A DNA stretch of 64,000 nt, taken from assembly GCA_964430265.1 (NCBI GenBank), contig CAYSEI010000002.1, forward strand, positions 20,769-84,768, written 5' to 3'. Under the pieces are notes generated by a model. The model was not told the origin of the DNA, searched no databases, and was given only the letters and a program-made list of their open reading frames with translations. This DNA is from an uncultured Pseudomonadales bacterium (GTDB lineage: Bacteria; Patescibacteriota; Microgenomatia; UBA1400; CAYXSR01). Of the stretch, positions 27,850 through 37,542 are shown piece by piece (within the stretch, counting starts at the first letter, position 1; each line of letters begins with the position of its first letter). The position numbers were made by a program, and so were the translations under genes.

Positions 27850-29502
27850 ATGAATAAGAAAATAAGAATACTGATACTTTTAATTTTTTTTACTTTAGGT
27901 TTAGTTTTAAGATTGTATAAATTAGGGTTAATACCGCCCGGTACTAATTGGGATGAAACAGTCGTTGGTTATACCGGTTATTCAATTCTAAAAACTGGGA
28001 AAGATGAATGGGGGAAAAAAATACCTATTTTTACTAAAGGTTTTGGTGATTATCGTTCCGCGGTATATTCTTATCTAACGACTGTTCCTATTAAGATATT
28101 TGGATTAACGCCTTTTGCTATACGGTTTCCTGCAGCTGTTTTAGGTTCAACCGGAATAATTGCCTTTTATTTTTTAATAAAAAATTTATTTGAATTTTAT
28201 AACTTAAAGGGGAAATCAAAGAATATCGCTGTTATTGGTGCGTTTTTATTTACAATTAATCCTTGGAACTTCTTTTTTAGCCGTTATGGCTTTGATGTGA
28301 GTAGTTGTTTTATATTTGGATTGTTCTCACTGACGTTTGTTTTTTTATTTTTAAACAAAAAAAAATATCTGCATTTATTTTTTTCAATTATTTTTGCTTG
28401 TTTAAGCATATATAGCTATCATAATGCAAGAATTGTGATTCCTTTTGTTTTTTTATTTTTATTTGTACAGAATTTTTCTATATTTATTAAAAATAGAAAG
28501 CAAATAGCATTAGTTTTTTTAACGGGTATTCTTTTATTTTTGCCTTTTTTGATATATGTAAAAACAGGCTTTCTATCAATAAGAACAAAAGAGCTTTCAA
28601 TATTTTCTAATTATTGGAAAAAACATGAATTAGAAAAATTACTAGTAAAAAGCACATTTTTAAGAAGTTTTGCTTTTTTTTATAAATATTTTTTTTACTT
28701 TCAGGAAATATTTAAAAATATCTTAAGAAATCTTTCTTTAAAATTTCTTTTCTTAGGAGAGGATTTACATTATCGTTTTGGAATTAAATACTACGGAAGG
28801 TTTTTATATCCTAGTTTAATTTTTTTGTTTTTAGGACTTTTCAAAATATGGACCAGGAATAAAAAATTGTTTGCTTTTTTAACATCTTTTATTTTAGTAT
28901 CTACGTTGCCAGCGGCATTAACAGTAGACAGCCCTCATCCTTTAAGAGTATATTTTCTTTTAATTCCTTTATTAATAATCATAACTTTTGGTATTTATTA
29001 TTCATTTAAAGGAAAAGCTATTAAATTTAAGCGCAGATTCTTAACAGGTGCTTTTATAGTCTATATGTTGTTTTTATCTTTATATATAAATGCTTACTTT
29101 AATTTTTTTAATGAGGAAGCGGATCAAAATTGGCAGTATTTTTATAGAGAATTAGTAGAATCTATAGATAATCAGTATAAAGATTATAATAGGATTTTAT
29201 TTGATATTCATTGGGGACAACCACATATATTTATGTTTTTTTATCAAAAAATAGATCCTTTAATTGTACAAAAAGAAATGAACAGAAAGGATCAGCTTAG
29301 CGAATCTCGTGGGGTTGTTAGCAGATTTCAAAATATTCATTTCAAAGATGTCCATGAGAGTGATATATTAAATTGTCATAATTGTTTAATAATTGAAGAT
29401 GAAAAGAGAACAAAGTTAGAGAAAAATAAAGTTGTAAAGGAATTAGAAAACATAAAACTGAATAACGGAAATACTATTTTTTGGATATATAAAACGATAT
29501 GA
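27850..29502 (+). CDS. ArnT/GT39-like GT-C glycosyltransferase
   Basis: LRLYKL..NWDE..GKDEWG, FAIRFPAA, PHPLR. Confidence 0.85.
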   Translation: MNKKIRILILLIFFTLGLVLRLYKLGLIPPGTNWDETVVGYTGYSILKTGKDEWGKKIPIFTKGFGDYRSAVYSYLTTVPIKIFGLTPFAIRFPAAVLGSTGIIAFYFLIKNLFEFYNLKGKSKNIAVIGAFLFTINPWNFFFSRYGFDVSSCFIFGLFSLTFVFLFLNKKKYLHLFFSIIFACLSIYSYHNARIVIPFVFLFLFVQNFSIFIKNRKQIALVFLTGILLFLPFLIYVKTGFLSIRTKELSIFSNYWKKHELEKLLVKSTFLRSFAFFYKYFFYFQEIFKNILRNLSLKFLFLGEDLHYRFGIKYYGRFLYPSLIFLFLGLFKIWTRNKKLFAFLTSFILVSTLPAALTVDSPHPLRVYFLLIPLLIIITFGIYYSFKGKAIKFKRRFLTGAFIVYMLFLSLYINAYFNFFNEEADQNWQYFYRELVESIDNQYKDYNRILFDIHWGQPHIFMFFYQKIDPLIVQKEMNRKDQLSESRGVVSRFQNIHFKDVHESDILNCHNCLIIEDEKRTKLEKNKVVKELENIKLNNGNTIFWIYKTI

Positions 29503-30743
29503 AAATTTGGATAAAAACTCTAGTTGTATTTGGAATTTGTTTGCTAAGTTTATTATTGCGTTTTAAAGTCTTTCCATACAAAACTCATTGGTCGGACATG
29601 TTTTTTTGGAAGGACTGGGGAAGAGGAATACTTGAATATGGTACTAAAGGTTTTTATAAACAATTCGGCTCAGATTATCTACCATTTTATCCGCTTGTTT
29701 TGGGTGTAGTTAAAACAATTTATAATTATACACACGAACTTCTTAATATAAAAGATATTTATTACTACAAATTTCCCGCGGCAATTTCCGATATTTTTTT
29801 TGGTTATTTAATTTTTAGATTTTTAAAGGAAGTAAAGAATTATAAAGCCGGAATTTTAGGAATGATTTTATTTCTTTTTAATCCCGCTGTATTTGCAAAC
29901 TCAAGTATGTGGGGGCAAGTGGATGTGATAGGTACTTTATTTTTATTTGCCGGTTTTTATCTTTTATATAAGAAGAAATATTGGGTATCCGGATTGTTTT
30001 TGGGGTTATCTTTAGTTACTAAAGCCTTGTATTTAATAGCTATCCCGTATTTATTTTTACTATTTTTTAGAAAAGAGGATTTTTACATAAATATACATAG
30101 GAAAATTCTTAAAAAATGTTTCTTAGTTTTTCTGGGAATATTAGTTTCAATAATAGTTATTACTTTGCCTTTTGTAGAAGGTGGTCTTTTTGCAGTTTTT
30201 AAGTTTTTGTTTGAACGCTATAAGATTATTAGTGAAAGATATCCTTATACTTCAGTAAATGCATTTAATTTTTGGGGATTGGTGGAAAAAGAATTCTGGC
30301 TTTCTGATAAAAGAGGACCTTCCTTTTTGACTTATAACAAATGGGGAACACTAATTACTCTTTTATTGATTGCAGCTGTTTATATAAAAGGTTTTTTAAA
30401 TGCAATAAGAAAAAAATGGTTTTATTCTTTAGTTTTGGGGATATCTTTATTATTTTATTCCAGTTTTTTATTTTTGACCCGGATGCATGAACGGCACTTT
30501 TTTTATGTTATTCCCTTTTTAGCAGTTGCTGCGGTTATTAAGCACAGATTAATAATTGCTTATTTAATTACTAGTTTAACTTACTTATTAAGTTTGCACT
30601 TTGCTCTGGAATATTATTATCAGGCCAAAGCATATGTTTTTTCGTCTTTGCAGATCAATTTAATCAGCGGAGCCAATGTACTAGTGTTTTTTTGGTTATT
30701 GTTTGAGTTTTTACTTTTGACAAAAAATGAAAAAAAAATATAA
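29499..30743 (+). CDS. GT-C glycosyltransferase (DUF2029/PIG-M-like), paralog 1
   Basis: DYLPFY, YKFP, NPAVFANSSMWGQVD, YPYTSVNAFNFW, TRMHERH. Confidence 0.85.
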   Translation: MKIWIKTLVVFGICLLSLLLRFKVFPYKTHWSDMFFWKDWGRGILEYGTKGFYKQFGSDYLPFYPLVLGVVKTIYNYTHELLNIKDIYYYKFPAAISDIFFGYLIFRFLKEVKNYKAGILGMILFLFNPAVFANSSMWGQVDVIGTLFLFAGFYLLYKKKYWVSGLFLGLSLVTKALYLIAIPYLFLLFFRKEDFYINIHRKILKKCFLVFLGILVSIIVITLPFVEGGLFAVFKFLFERYKIISERYPYTSVNAFNFWGLVEKEFWLSDKRGPSFLTYNKWGTLITLLLIAAVYIKGFLNAIRKKWFYSLVLGISLLFYSSFLFLTRMHERHFFYVIPFLAVAAVIKHRLIIAYLITSLTYLLSLHFALEYYYQAKAYVFSSLQINLISGANVLVFFWLLFEFLLLTKNEKKI

Positions 30744-31938
30744 AAAACTTCTTATTTATTTAATAGTTGGATCAGTTATTTTAGTTATCCGCTATATTCT
30801 CAGTTTAAGAAAATATAATCTAGACATCTTAAATCATGCAGTTTGGACAGAAAAAGCCTTAGCTGATGGATTAAAAGGGTATTATAAAAGAATATATTCT
30901 CCCTATGCAGAAGCAAACTATCCGCCTTTTGCAAACCTGCTTTTTTATTTGTCACATAAAACTTATAGGATGCTAGGTTATTCCGGAGGTTTGAATAATC
31001 TTTTGGCTGCTTTTTATAAAATTCCTTTGATAATTGCTGATTTAATAATTGTTTTTTTATTGTTTAATATTTTTAAAAATAAAAAGAAAAAATTTAAAAA
31101 ATATTTTTATCCTTTCTTTTTTTTAATTAATATTGCTTTAGTTTATAACAGTGTTTACTGGGGGCAGTTGGAAAGTGTGATAACCCTGTTTTGTATGCTT
31201 TCCTTATATTTTCTTTTTAAAGAACCCAATTTATTAGCCTATGTTTTTTTTGCTTTGGCAGTTCTGACAAAACAGACAGCACTGGTTTTAACGCCGCTGT
31301 TTTTTTTACTCAGCTTAAAAAAACTTAATATAAAAAAAACAATTGTAGGAATGGGAATAATATATTTGATCATTTTTATCTTTTTTATTCCTTTTACAGG
31401 CAAAATTGATTTTTTTTATCCAGTGAGATTTTATTTGCAAACTTCAGGCGGACAACTTCACCAGAATCAAGCGACCGTAAATGCTTTTAATTTCTGGTTT
31501 TTATTAGGACAAAACAAAATTTCAGACAGCACCACCCTTTGGAAGTTGATTGATTATCGTCTGGTTTCAATTCTGATATGTTTATTATTTTTCTTGCCGA
31601 TATTAATAAAAGTATATAATAAAAAGCCTAAAATAATTTCAGTTTTTAAAGCTGCAGGACTTTTATTTTACATAGTCTTTCTTTTTTTAACCCGGATGCA
31701 TGAAAGGCATCTTTATCCTGCATTAGCGTTTTTAATTCCCGGTTTAAATTCAATTATTAGTCTATTATTGTATGTTATAATTTCATTTATACATTTTTTT
31801 AATATGGATTTTGTTTGGCAGGAAATGATGGCAGATCCTATACCTTCAACAATTTTTAAAGGTAAAATAATGGCAGGGATTCTTTTAGCAATGTTCGTTT
31901 ATTTTTATACAAATTTTTTGATAAGAAAAGAAAAATGA
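30727..31938 (+). CDS. GT-C glycosyltransferase (DUF2029/PIG-M-like), paralog 2
   Basis: NYPP, YKIP, YNSVYWGQLE, TVNAFNFW, TRMHERH. Confidence 0.85.
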   Translation: MKKKYKKLLIYLIVGSVILVIRYILSLRKYNLDILNHAVWTEKALADGLKGYYKRIYSPYAEANYPPFANLLFYLSHKTYRMLGYSGGLNNLLAAFYKIPLIIADLIIVFLLFNIFKNKKKKFKKYFYPFFFLINIALVYNSVYWGQLESVITLFCMLSLYFLFKEPNLLAYVFFALAVLTKQTALVLTPLFFLLSLKKLNIKKTIVGMGIIYLIIFIFFIPFTGKIDFFYPVRFYLQTSGGQLHQNQATVNAFNFWFLLGQNKISDSTTLWKLIDYRLVSILICLLFFLPILIKVYNKKPKIISVFKAAGLLFYIVFLFLTRMHERHLYPALAFLIPGLNSIISLLLYVIISFIHFFNMDFVWQEMMADPIPSTIFKGKIMAGILLAMFVYFYTNFLIRKEK

Positions 31939-34406
31939 TCTTATGGGTTTTAGGTATTAGCTTCTTATTTCGTTTGTTTATTGCTCAATATGGCACTTTG
32001 CAACTGGATATGAATGCTTTTATTTATTGGAGCAACCGTCTGATTCAAGTAAATTGGACTAGTTTTTATGAAGTCTGGTGTGATTATTTACCTACGTATT
32101 TATATATTCTTGCAGGTTTAGGCTATTTAAAGAATTTTTTCGTTTCCGTTGGAATTAATCTACCGGAATTTGTAATTTATAAATTGCCTTCGATTTTTGC
32201 AGACATCGGTATGGGTTGGATGATTCATAAAATATTTAAGCAAAATAATAAAAAAAAGCTGGGAATAATTGCTGCGCTTGTTTATTTGCTAAACCCGGCT
32301 ATATTTGGCAATTCAACTTTATGGGGACAAGCAGATAGTTTATTTGCTTTTGCAACTCTATTAAGTTTTTATCTTTATTATAAAAAAAATTATTTATCTG
32401 CCAGTATGTTATTGGCGGCTACAAGTTTACTTAAACCTTTAGGATTTTTATTGGTACCAGTTTTTGTTTTTGATCTTTGGAAAAAAGAGAAAATAAAAGA
32501 AATAATCTATTCCGGTACAGTTTTTATTCTTTTTTCTTTTCTGCTTTTTTTGCCTTTTTCCAGTGGAAACATGTTAAATTTTATAATTTCTAGATTTTCA
32601 CAAACCTTTAACCAGTACCCTTATACTACTCTTAATGCTTTTAATTTCTGGCAGTTTCTTGATATGAACTGGGTTAAAGACTCGCTTAAGTTTATTGCGA
32701 TGAGCTATCAAAACTGGGGGATAATATTGTTTGCGCCTTTTTATTTTACTTTTTTAAAGCAGTTTTCCCAACAAAAAAGTATTTTTAAAAAGAGTTTAAT
32801 AATCGGTTTGGTTTTCTATTTTAATTTTTTGTTTACCACCCGAATGCATGAAAGACACTTGTTTACTGCCCTGCCTTTTTTACTGCTAGGAATGGGAGAA
32901 GATAAAACAATCGGATTTTTTTATGTTTTAGCTTCTTTAACTTACAGTTTGAACCTTTATTATGCCTGGCGTTCAATTGAAAAAAGGAATTTTGTTTTAA
33001 GCAGTTTTTTAATTAAAACACTTTCTTTAACAAACATTTTAAACGCAATGGCTTTATTTTTAAAAAATTCATTTGCTTTTATTAAAAACAATTGTGAAAA
33101 TTTATGCAGTAAAATATCTATTCTAGTACAGAGAATTGGATTAAAATCCAAACAAAAAAAATTAAATTATGAGAATATATTTTTATTAATTTTTGTTTTG
33201 TTTATTTTGTTTACCCGCTTTTATCAACTGGGTTATCCGCAAGACTATATTTATGATGAGGTTTATCATGCATTTACTGCCGGAGAAATGGCGGAAGGCA
33301 ATGTTAAAGCATGGGAATGGTGGAATAATGCACCGGAAGGCTTTGCATATGAATGGACCCATCCTCATCTTGCTAAGATTCTTATGTCTTTAGGAATCAA
33401 GGTTTTTGGTAATAATTCGTTCGGATGGCGGTTTGGTTCTGCTGTTTTTGGAACCGGAGTAATATTATTAACCTATTTGTTAGGTAAAGAAATATTTAAA
33501 AACAAAAAAATTGCTGTTGTTGCTGCTGTTCTGTTTTCTTTGGACGGAATGCTTTTAACAATGTCAAGAATTGGAATGACTGACGTTTATCTGGTATTTT
33601 TTATCCTTTTGACAATTTTATTATCCCTTAAAAAAAGAATATTTTTAGCATCCGTCAGTTTGGGAATGACAATCGGAGCCAAATGGACAGGGATTTATTT
33701 AATTCCCATAATAGGGTTAATATTAATTTGGAAGCAAGAAAAACATGACATCTTCAGTAAAAGCCTTTTAAAAAACATTTTGACATTTGTGTTTATAACA
33801 CCACTGGTTTATACAGCAACATACTTGCCTTTTTTTCTTACAGAACACACATTAACTCAGTTTTTTGAATTACAAAAAAGCATGTGGGGATATCATACAA
33901 AGCTAAAAGCAACCCACGGGTTTCAATCAGAAGCATATACTTGGCCGTTTATGATCAGACCTGTCTGGTTTTGGGTAGATTATCAAAAAAATAAAATAGC
34001 CAATATTTATAATTTAGGTAATCCTTTACTTTGGTGGAGTAGTTTAACAATTTTGCCAATATATATTTATCGTAGTATTGAAAAATATATGGAAAAAAAG
34101 AAAAAGAACATGCTTATTTTAATACCTGCATATTTTGTGTTCTGGGTTCCTTGGATTTTTTCACCCCGAGTTATGTTTTTGCATCATTATCTTCCAGCAC
34201 TGCCGTTTTTGTTTCTTATGAATGCGTGGTTTTGGGTTAAAGAGATAAAAGAATTAGTAACTGAAAATAAAACCTATTATTTAATTACCCTAACTTATTT
34301 GGCCATTATATTTATTACCTTTTTATATTTTTTACCGATTTATATAGGAATTCCTCTGCCAAAAAATCGCCTTGATTGGTGGTTTTGGTTTTCAACTTGG
34401 AAGTAA
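31935..34406 (+). CDS. Fusion: DUF2029/PIG-M-like GT-C (paralog 3) plus protein O-mannosyltransferase (PMT) domain
   Basis: N-half DYLP/WGQAD/NAFNFW/TRMHERH; C-half YIYDEVYH, HPHLAK, FGWRF, SRIGMTD, HGFQS..TWP, GNP, FLHHYLP typical of PMT and PMT_4TMC. Confidence 0.85.
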   Translation: MILWVLGISFLFRLFIAQYGTLQLDMNAFIYWSNRLIQVNWTSFYEVWCDYLPTYLYILAGLGYLKNFFVSVGINLPEFVIYKLPSIFADIGMGWMIHKIFKQNNKKKLGIIAALVYLLNPAIFGNSTLWGQADSLFAFATLLSFYLYYKKNYLSASMLLAATSLLKPLGFLLVPVFVFDLWKKEKIKEIIYSGTVFILFSFLLFLPFSSGNMLNFIISRFSQTFNQYPYTTLNAFNFWQFLDMNWVKDSLKFIAMSYQNWGIILFAPFYFTFLKQFSQQKSIFKKSLIIGLVFYFNFLFTTRMHERHLFTALPFLLLGMGEDKTIGFFYVLASLTYSLNLYYAWRSIEKRNFVLSSFLIKTLSLTNILNAMALFLKNSFAFIKNNCENLCSKISILVQRIGLKSKQKKLNYENIFLLIFVLFILFTRFYQLGYPQDYIYDEVYHAFTAGEMAEGNVKAWEWWNNAPEGFAYEWTHPHLAKILMSLGIKVFGNNSFGWRFGSAVFGTGVILLTYLLGKEIFKNKKIAVVAAVLFSLDGMLLTMSRIGMTDVYLVFFILLTILLSLKKRIFLASVSLGMTIGAKWTGIYLIPIIGLILIWKQEKHDIFSKSLLKNILTFVFITPLVYTATYLPFFLTEHTLTQFFELQKSMWGYHTKLKATHGFQSEAYTWPFMIRPVWFWVDYQKNKIANIYNLGNPLLWWSSLTILPIYIYRSIEKYMEKKKKNMLILIPAYFVFWVPWIFSPRVMFLHHYLPALPFLFLMNAWFWVKEIKELVTENKTYYLITLTYLAIIFITFLYFLPIYIGIPLPKNRLDWWFWFSTWK

Positions 34407-34410
34407 AGCC

Positions 34411-35013
34411 TTAAAACATTAAACCCAGAGCCATTAATAATGCGCCACCAATAGCCAATAAAATGGTTGGTGAAACAATGCCTGCTTCCGGCATTTCTTG
34501 CTGCGGTTCTACAAACTCGGGAGAAGGAGAAGCTTGAGCAATAAATACGCTTTCTTCCGGTGTTGGTTCAGGAGTTGGAGAAGGGCTTGGGTTTGGTTCC
34601 TCTGACGGTGATAAACTGGGTGATGAAGAGGGGGATATGTTTGGCGAAGGTGTTGGTGATGGACTTGGAGAGGGGGATGGCGACGGAGAAGGATTTAATG
34701 ATGGGATTGGACTCGGTGATGGTGATGGAGAGGGGGTTAATGAGGGACTTGGATTGGGTGAAATAGATGGAGAAGGTGATGGAAGAAGAGAAGGTGAGGG
34801 GTTGGGTTGACCGACTGTAAAAGATATTTCGCAGGTTCCGTCAGCTTGGTAAAATGTTTCCGGTTCTTTGGGTGCTTCACTGACTGCTGGCTTTGGTGAT
34901 TCTTCCGGAAGTTTCTTTGATTGATAAAGTTTAAAAGCAGTATAAGCAGCAACAACTGCTAAAACAATAGTTACTGTAATAATACTAATACTTAATACTT
35001 TGTTTTTATTCAT
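34411..35013 (-). CDS. Ser/Pro-rich surface protein with N-terminal anchor and C-terminal MPEAG-TM signal
   Basis: N-terminal TM, about 80-aa (SP)n stalk, MPEAG-IVSPT-hydrophobic C-terminus. Confidence 0.8.
   Translation of the reverse strand: MNKNKVLSISIITVTIVLAVVAAYTAFKLYQSKKLPEESPKPAVSEAPKEPETFYQADGTCEISFTVGQPNPSPSLLPSPSPSISPNPSPSLTPSPSPSPSPIPSLNPSPSPSPSPSPSPTPSPNISPSSSPSLSPSEEPNPSPSPTPEPTPEESVFIAQASPSPEFVEPQQEMPEAGIVSPTILLAIGGALLMALGLMF
34558..34806 (-). repeat. Low-complexity Ser-Pro dipeptide repeat region
   Basis: Degenerate GGAGAA/GGTGAT hexamer periodicity on the plus strand encoding PSPSPS on the minus strand. Confidence 0.85.
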
Positions 35014-35015
35014 AT

Positions 35016-36359
35016 TTAATTACCCGATTTACTATTCCAGCCACCTGCCTTACCCCAATCTGTGCATAGAGGAAATCCTTCAGTTGCACAAGCTCTGCAC
35101 TGAACAACATATTCACCTGCTCTTGACGGCACTGTTAAAGTGGCAGGAACACTTTGTCCTAGATTATCACTGTCTTCAGCAATATCTGTGGCAAATTCAA
35201 CTGTTTGTGTATTTCCTTCTTCAGTAATAAAATAACGGAAATCATAAACATTTGTAGCGTTGTAGGATACATTTAATGAATTGTGTTTACAAACCAGTTC
35301 AATTTCATCCCCAAACTGGTATTCTTCTTTGACCGGAGAATATTCTAAATTATCACATACAAAGTTTTGTTCTAGTTCTAAGGAGAGAGAATTACTACAG
35401 GCGGTACAAGCAGTTGTTGCTGTATTACAATGTCCCCCCGGATTACCGGTACACCATAAATTTTTCTGATCAAAGACATTAGCAATAACAGTATATGTGC
35501 CAGGCTTTAAATTGGAAGTATCCCAAGTAACTTGGTTATCAGATTCATTAGGATCAGAAATTTTCTGCCATGAAGCCTTGCAAAAATCTCCGGTATCAGT
35601 AGTGTAATGAAAAGTTGTTTTTTGCAATTGACCTTCAGGATCACTGATGGTAGCAGTAAGCAATTTTTGATTGTCTCCTTCACCTGTGTTTGTCACACTT
35701 AAGTTTGTACAGTCAGGTGGTTGATTTGCAGGAGGTTCTATCCACATCCACCAAGTTTTAAGATTTTTTTCTTGATTATGACTATGGTTAAAACTAAAGC
35801 AATCTAAATAGTTATCATCATCATTGTCTGGAGTTTCCCATCCAGGATCCCAGGAATAGTCACCTCTTTTGGCATTAAGATCACCTTCATTGTCCGCACA
35901 TAACCACCAAAATCCTTCTTCAGAGTTTTCGGCTGCTGAAGGTGGAGCATATCTGCCTATTTCAGAACGCATGGGATGAAGATAAGAGCGACTACCCCCA
36001 CAGGAAAAATCAGCATCACCATCTTCGTAAAATCTTCCATCTTCATTTGTTTGTTTTAGTTTACACCACTGGGTATCACTGCAAGCATCCTCATTTTCAT
36101 AACCGCCACAACCTCCGTCTGTATTAGTTTTATCTTTATTTAGCATCATAAACTTTTCATCAGTAATTGGAAAAAAGGTTTCTGTTGCATTATCTTTATT
36201 CTTCATTAAGTTGGTATCGCATTTGTTTACACAGTTTGCTGCTCCTTCTTTACAAATCCATGCCCATCCGGTCCATTCCCAATAAGCAAAAGCAGAATGA
36301 GGTTTAAATATGAAAAAGAAGAAGATTAAAAAAAATGGTAAGTATCTTAATTTTTTCAT
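35016..36359 (-). CDS. Secreted Cys/Trp-rich protein with Ig-like modules
   Basis: Signal peptide (SAFA), 20 Cys counted, WDTSNLKPGTYTV Ig-like strand pattern. Confidence 0.7.
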   Translation of the reverse strand: MKKLRYLPFFLIFFFFIFKPHSAFAYWEWTGWAWICKEGAANCVNKCDTNLMKNKDNATETFFPITDEKFMMLNKDKTNTDGGCGGYENEDACSDTQWCKLKQTNEDGRFYEDGDADFSCGGSRSYLHPMRSEIGRYAPPSAAENSEEGFWWLCADNEGDLNAKRGDYSWDPGWETPDNDDDNYLDCFSFNHSHNQEKNLKTWWMWIEPPANQPPDCTNLSVTNTGEGDNQKLLTATISDPEGQLQKTTFHYTTDTGDFCKASWQKISDPNESDNQVTWDTSNLKPGTYTVIANVFDQKNLWCTGNPGGHCNTATTACTACSNSLSLELEQNFVCDNLEYSPVKEEYQFGDEIELVCKHNSLNVSYNATNVYDFRYFITEEGNTQTVEFATDIAEDSDNLGQSVPATLTVPSRAGEYVVQCRACATEGFPLCTDWGKAGGWNSKSGN

Positions 36360-36360
36360 T

Positions 36361-37530
36361 TTATTTAATTCTTTTTATTAAGTAATAACAACTGATATAT
36401 ATATCATCATTCACTTCAATATCATCGTCTAAATATTCACCGTCATAAACAGGAGCTATTTCGTATTCACCTATATTCATTGTTTTTGCTGTGTTTTTTA
36501 ATTCTTCATTTTGGCTATTATAAGAGTCGTTCCCGATATTTTCTTCAAAAGCAACAGTATAATCACTATTTTGAGAAGTTAATTCTTGTTTTTTTTGCTC
36601 ACAAAGTTCAGAAAAGTTTTCTCTGTTTTCAGCTTTTTGTTTAATATCTTCCAATACGTTTTGAGTTTCTTGTTTTAATTGTTCTACCGGACTTATTGGT
36701 GGTTTAACGTTCCAAAAGCATATTCGACATTGATCTACCCAGGCAGAGCTTTCATCAACAGTTTTTGTTTTGATTAAAGCTGGATCGGCTTGAGATATTG
36801 GTTTTACTTGCTTTTCACTTTCTTGTTCTTGTTGAGAGTCTTCTTTTTGTTCTAAAGTATTATTCTGATTTTTATTCTGAGTTTCTTGAATATAATTTTC
36901 ATTTTTACTGAATAAGAAAGAGAAATTCATTTTGTTTTTTAAAATAAAGAAAAAAATTGCAATTAAAATAAGAGTTATTAGTAAGGGTAATAGAAAAATA
37001 ATTTTAGGTATACCTTTTGATTTTTGTTTTTCAGGTGTTTTAATATCATTTGGGGAAGTGTTATCGTTGTTCTGAATTTTGTGTGGTTTCTGAGGTGTTT
37101 CTAATTCCTTGTCTTGATTACTTTGTTTATCAGGTGATATTTTGTCATTTTGTATATTGTTTGATTCTGTTTTTGAGGTTTCCGGATTTTCCTTTGGAAC
37201 AGTAGAATCAATTCCTTCTTTTTCAATTTGTTTATCTACAAAGTTATTAGATACACTTTTATTATTAATAGGTTTTGTTACTGGTTCTGAGTTTTTTTTG
37301 CTCTTGTTTGATTTTTTTTTATTATGCCCTTCCGATGTTTCAGAGTCGGTTTTATTAGTAGAATTATCAAATGTATTTTCCATATTTTTATTCATAGGCT
37401 TAGGAGGCTCTGTTATTTTTTGCCCATTATCTGGGTTAGATTTTAGACTTGAATTTATTGCTTTCTGTGCCTGCTCTTCAAGATTAGATAATGAGTTATT
37501 TGAATTATTTGTTTCTTTTTGTTTATTCAT
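36361..37530 (-). CDS. Bitopic protein: disordered N-terminus, TM, degenerate parvulin/PrsA-like C-terminal domain
   Basis: ENFSELCEQ...ELKNTAKTMNIGEY...YYLIKR resembles the PpiC pattern (DFAELA..FEEAAF.LK.GE..YHIIK). Confidence 0.5.
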   Translation of the reverse strand: MNKQKETNNSNNSLSNLEEQAQKAINSSLKSNPDNGQKITEPPKPMNKNMENTFDNSTNKTDSETSEGHNKKKSNKSKKNSEPVTKPINNKSVSNNFVDKQIEKEGIDSTVPKENPETSKTESNNIQNDKISPDKQSNQDKELETPQKPHKIQNNDNTSPNDIKTPEKQKSKGIPKIIFLLPLLITLILIAIFFFILKNKMNFSFLFSKNENYIQETQNKNQNNTLEQKEDSQQEQESEKQVKPISQADPALIKTKTVDESSAWVDQCRICFWNVKPPISPVEQLKQETQNVLEDIKQKAENRENFSELCEQKKQELTSQNSDYTVAFEENIGNDSYNSQNEELKNTAKTMNIGEYEIAPVYDGEYLDDDIEVNDDIYISCYYLIKRIK

Positions 37531-37542
37531 TATTTAGCTTAA

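Noticed and set aside
34560-34955. Alternative-frame ORFs over the Ser/Pro repeat
   Set aside because: By-products of low-complexity codons lacking stops.
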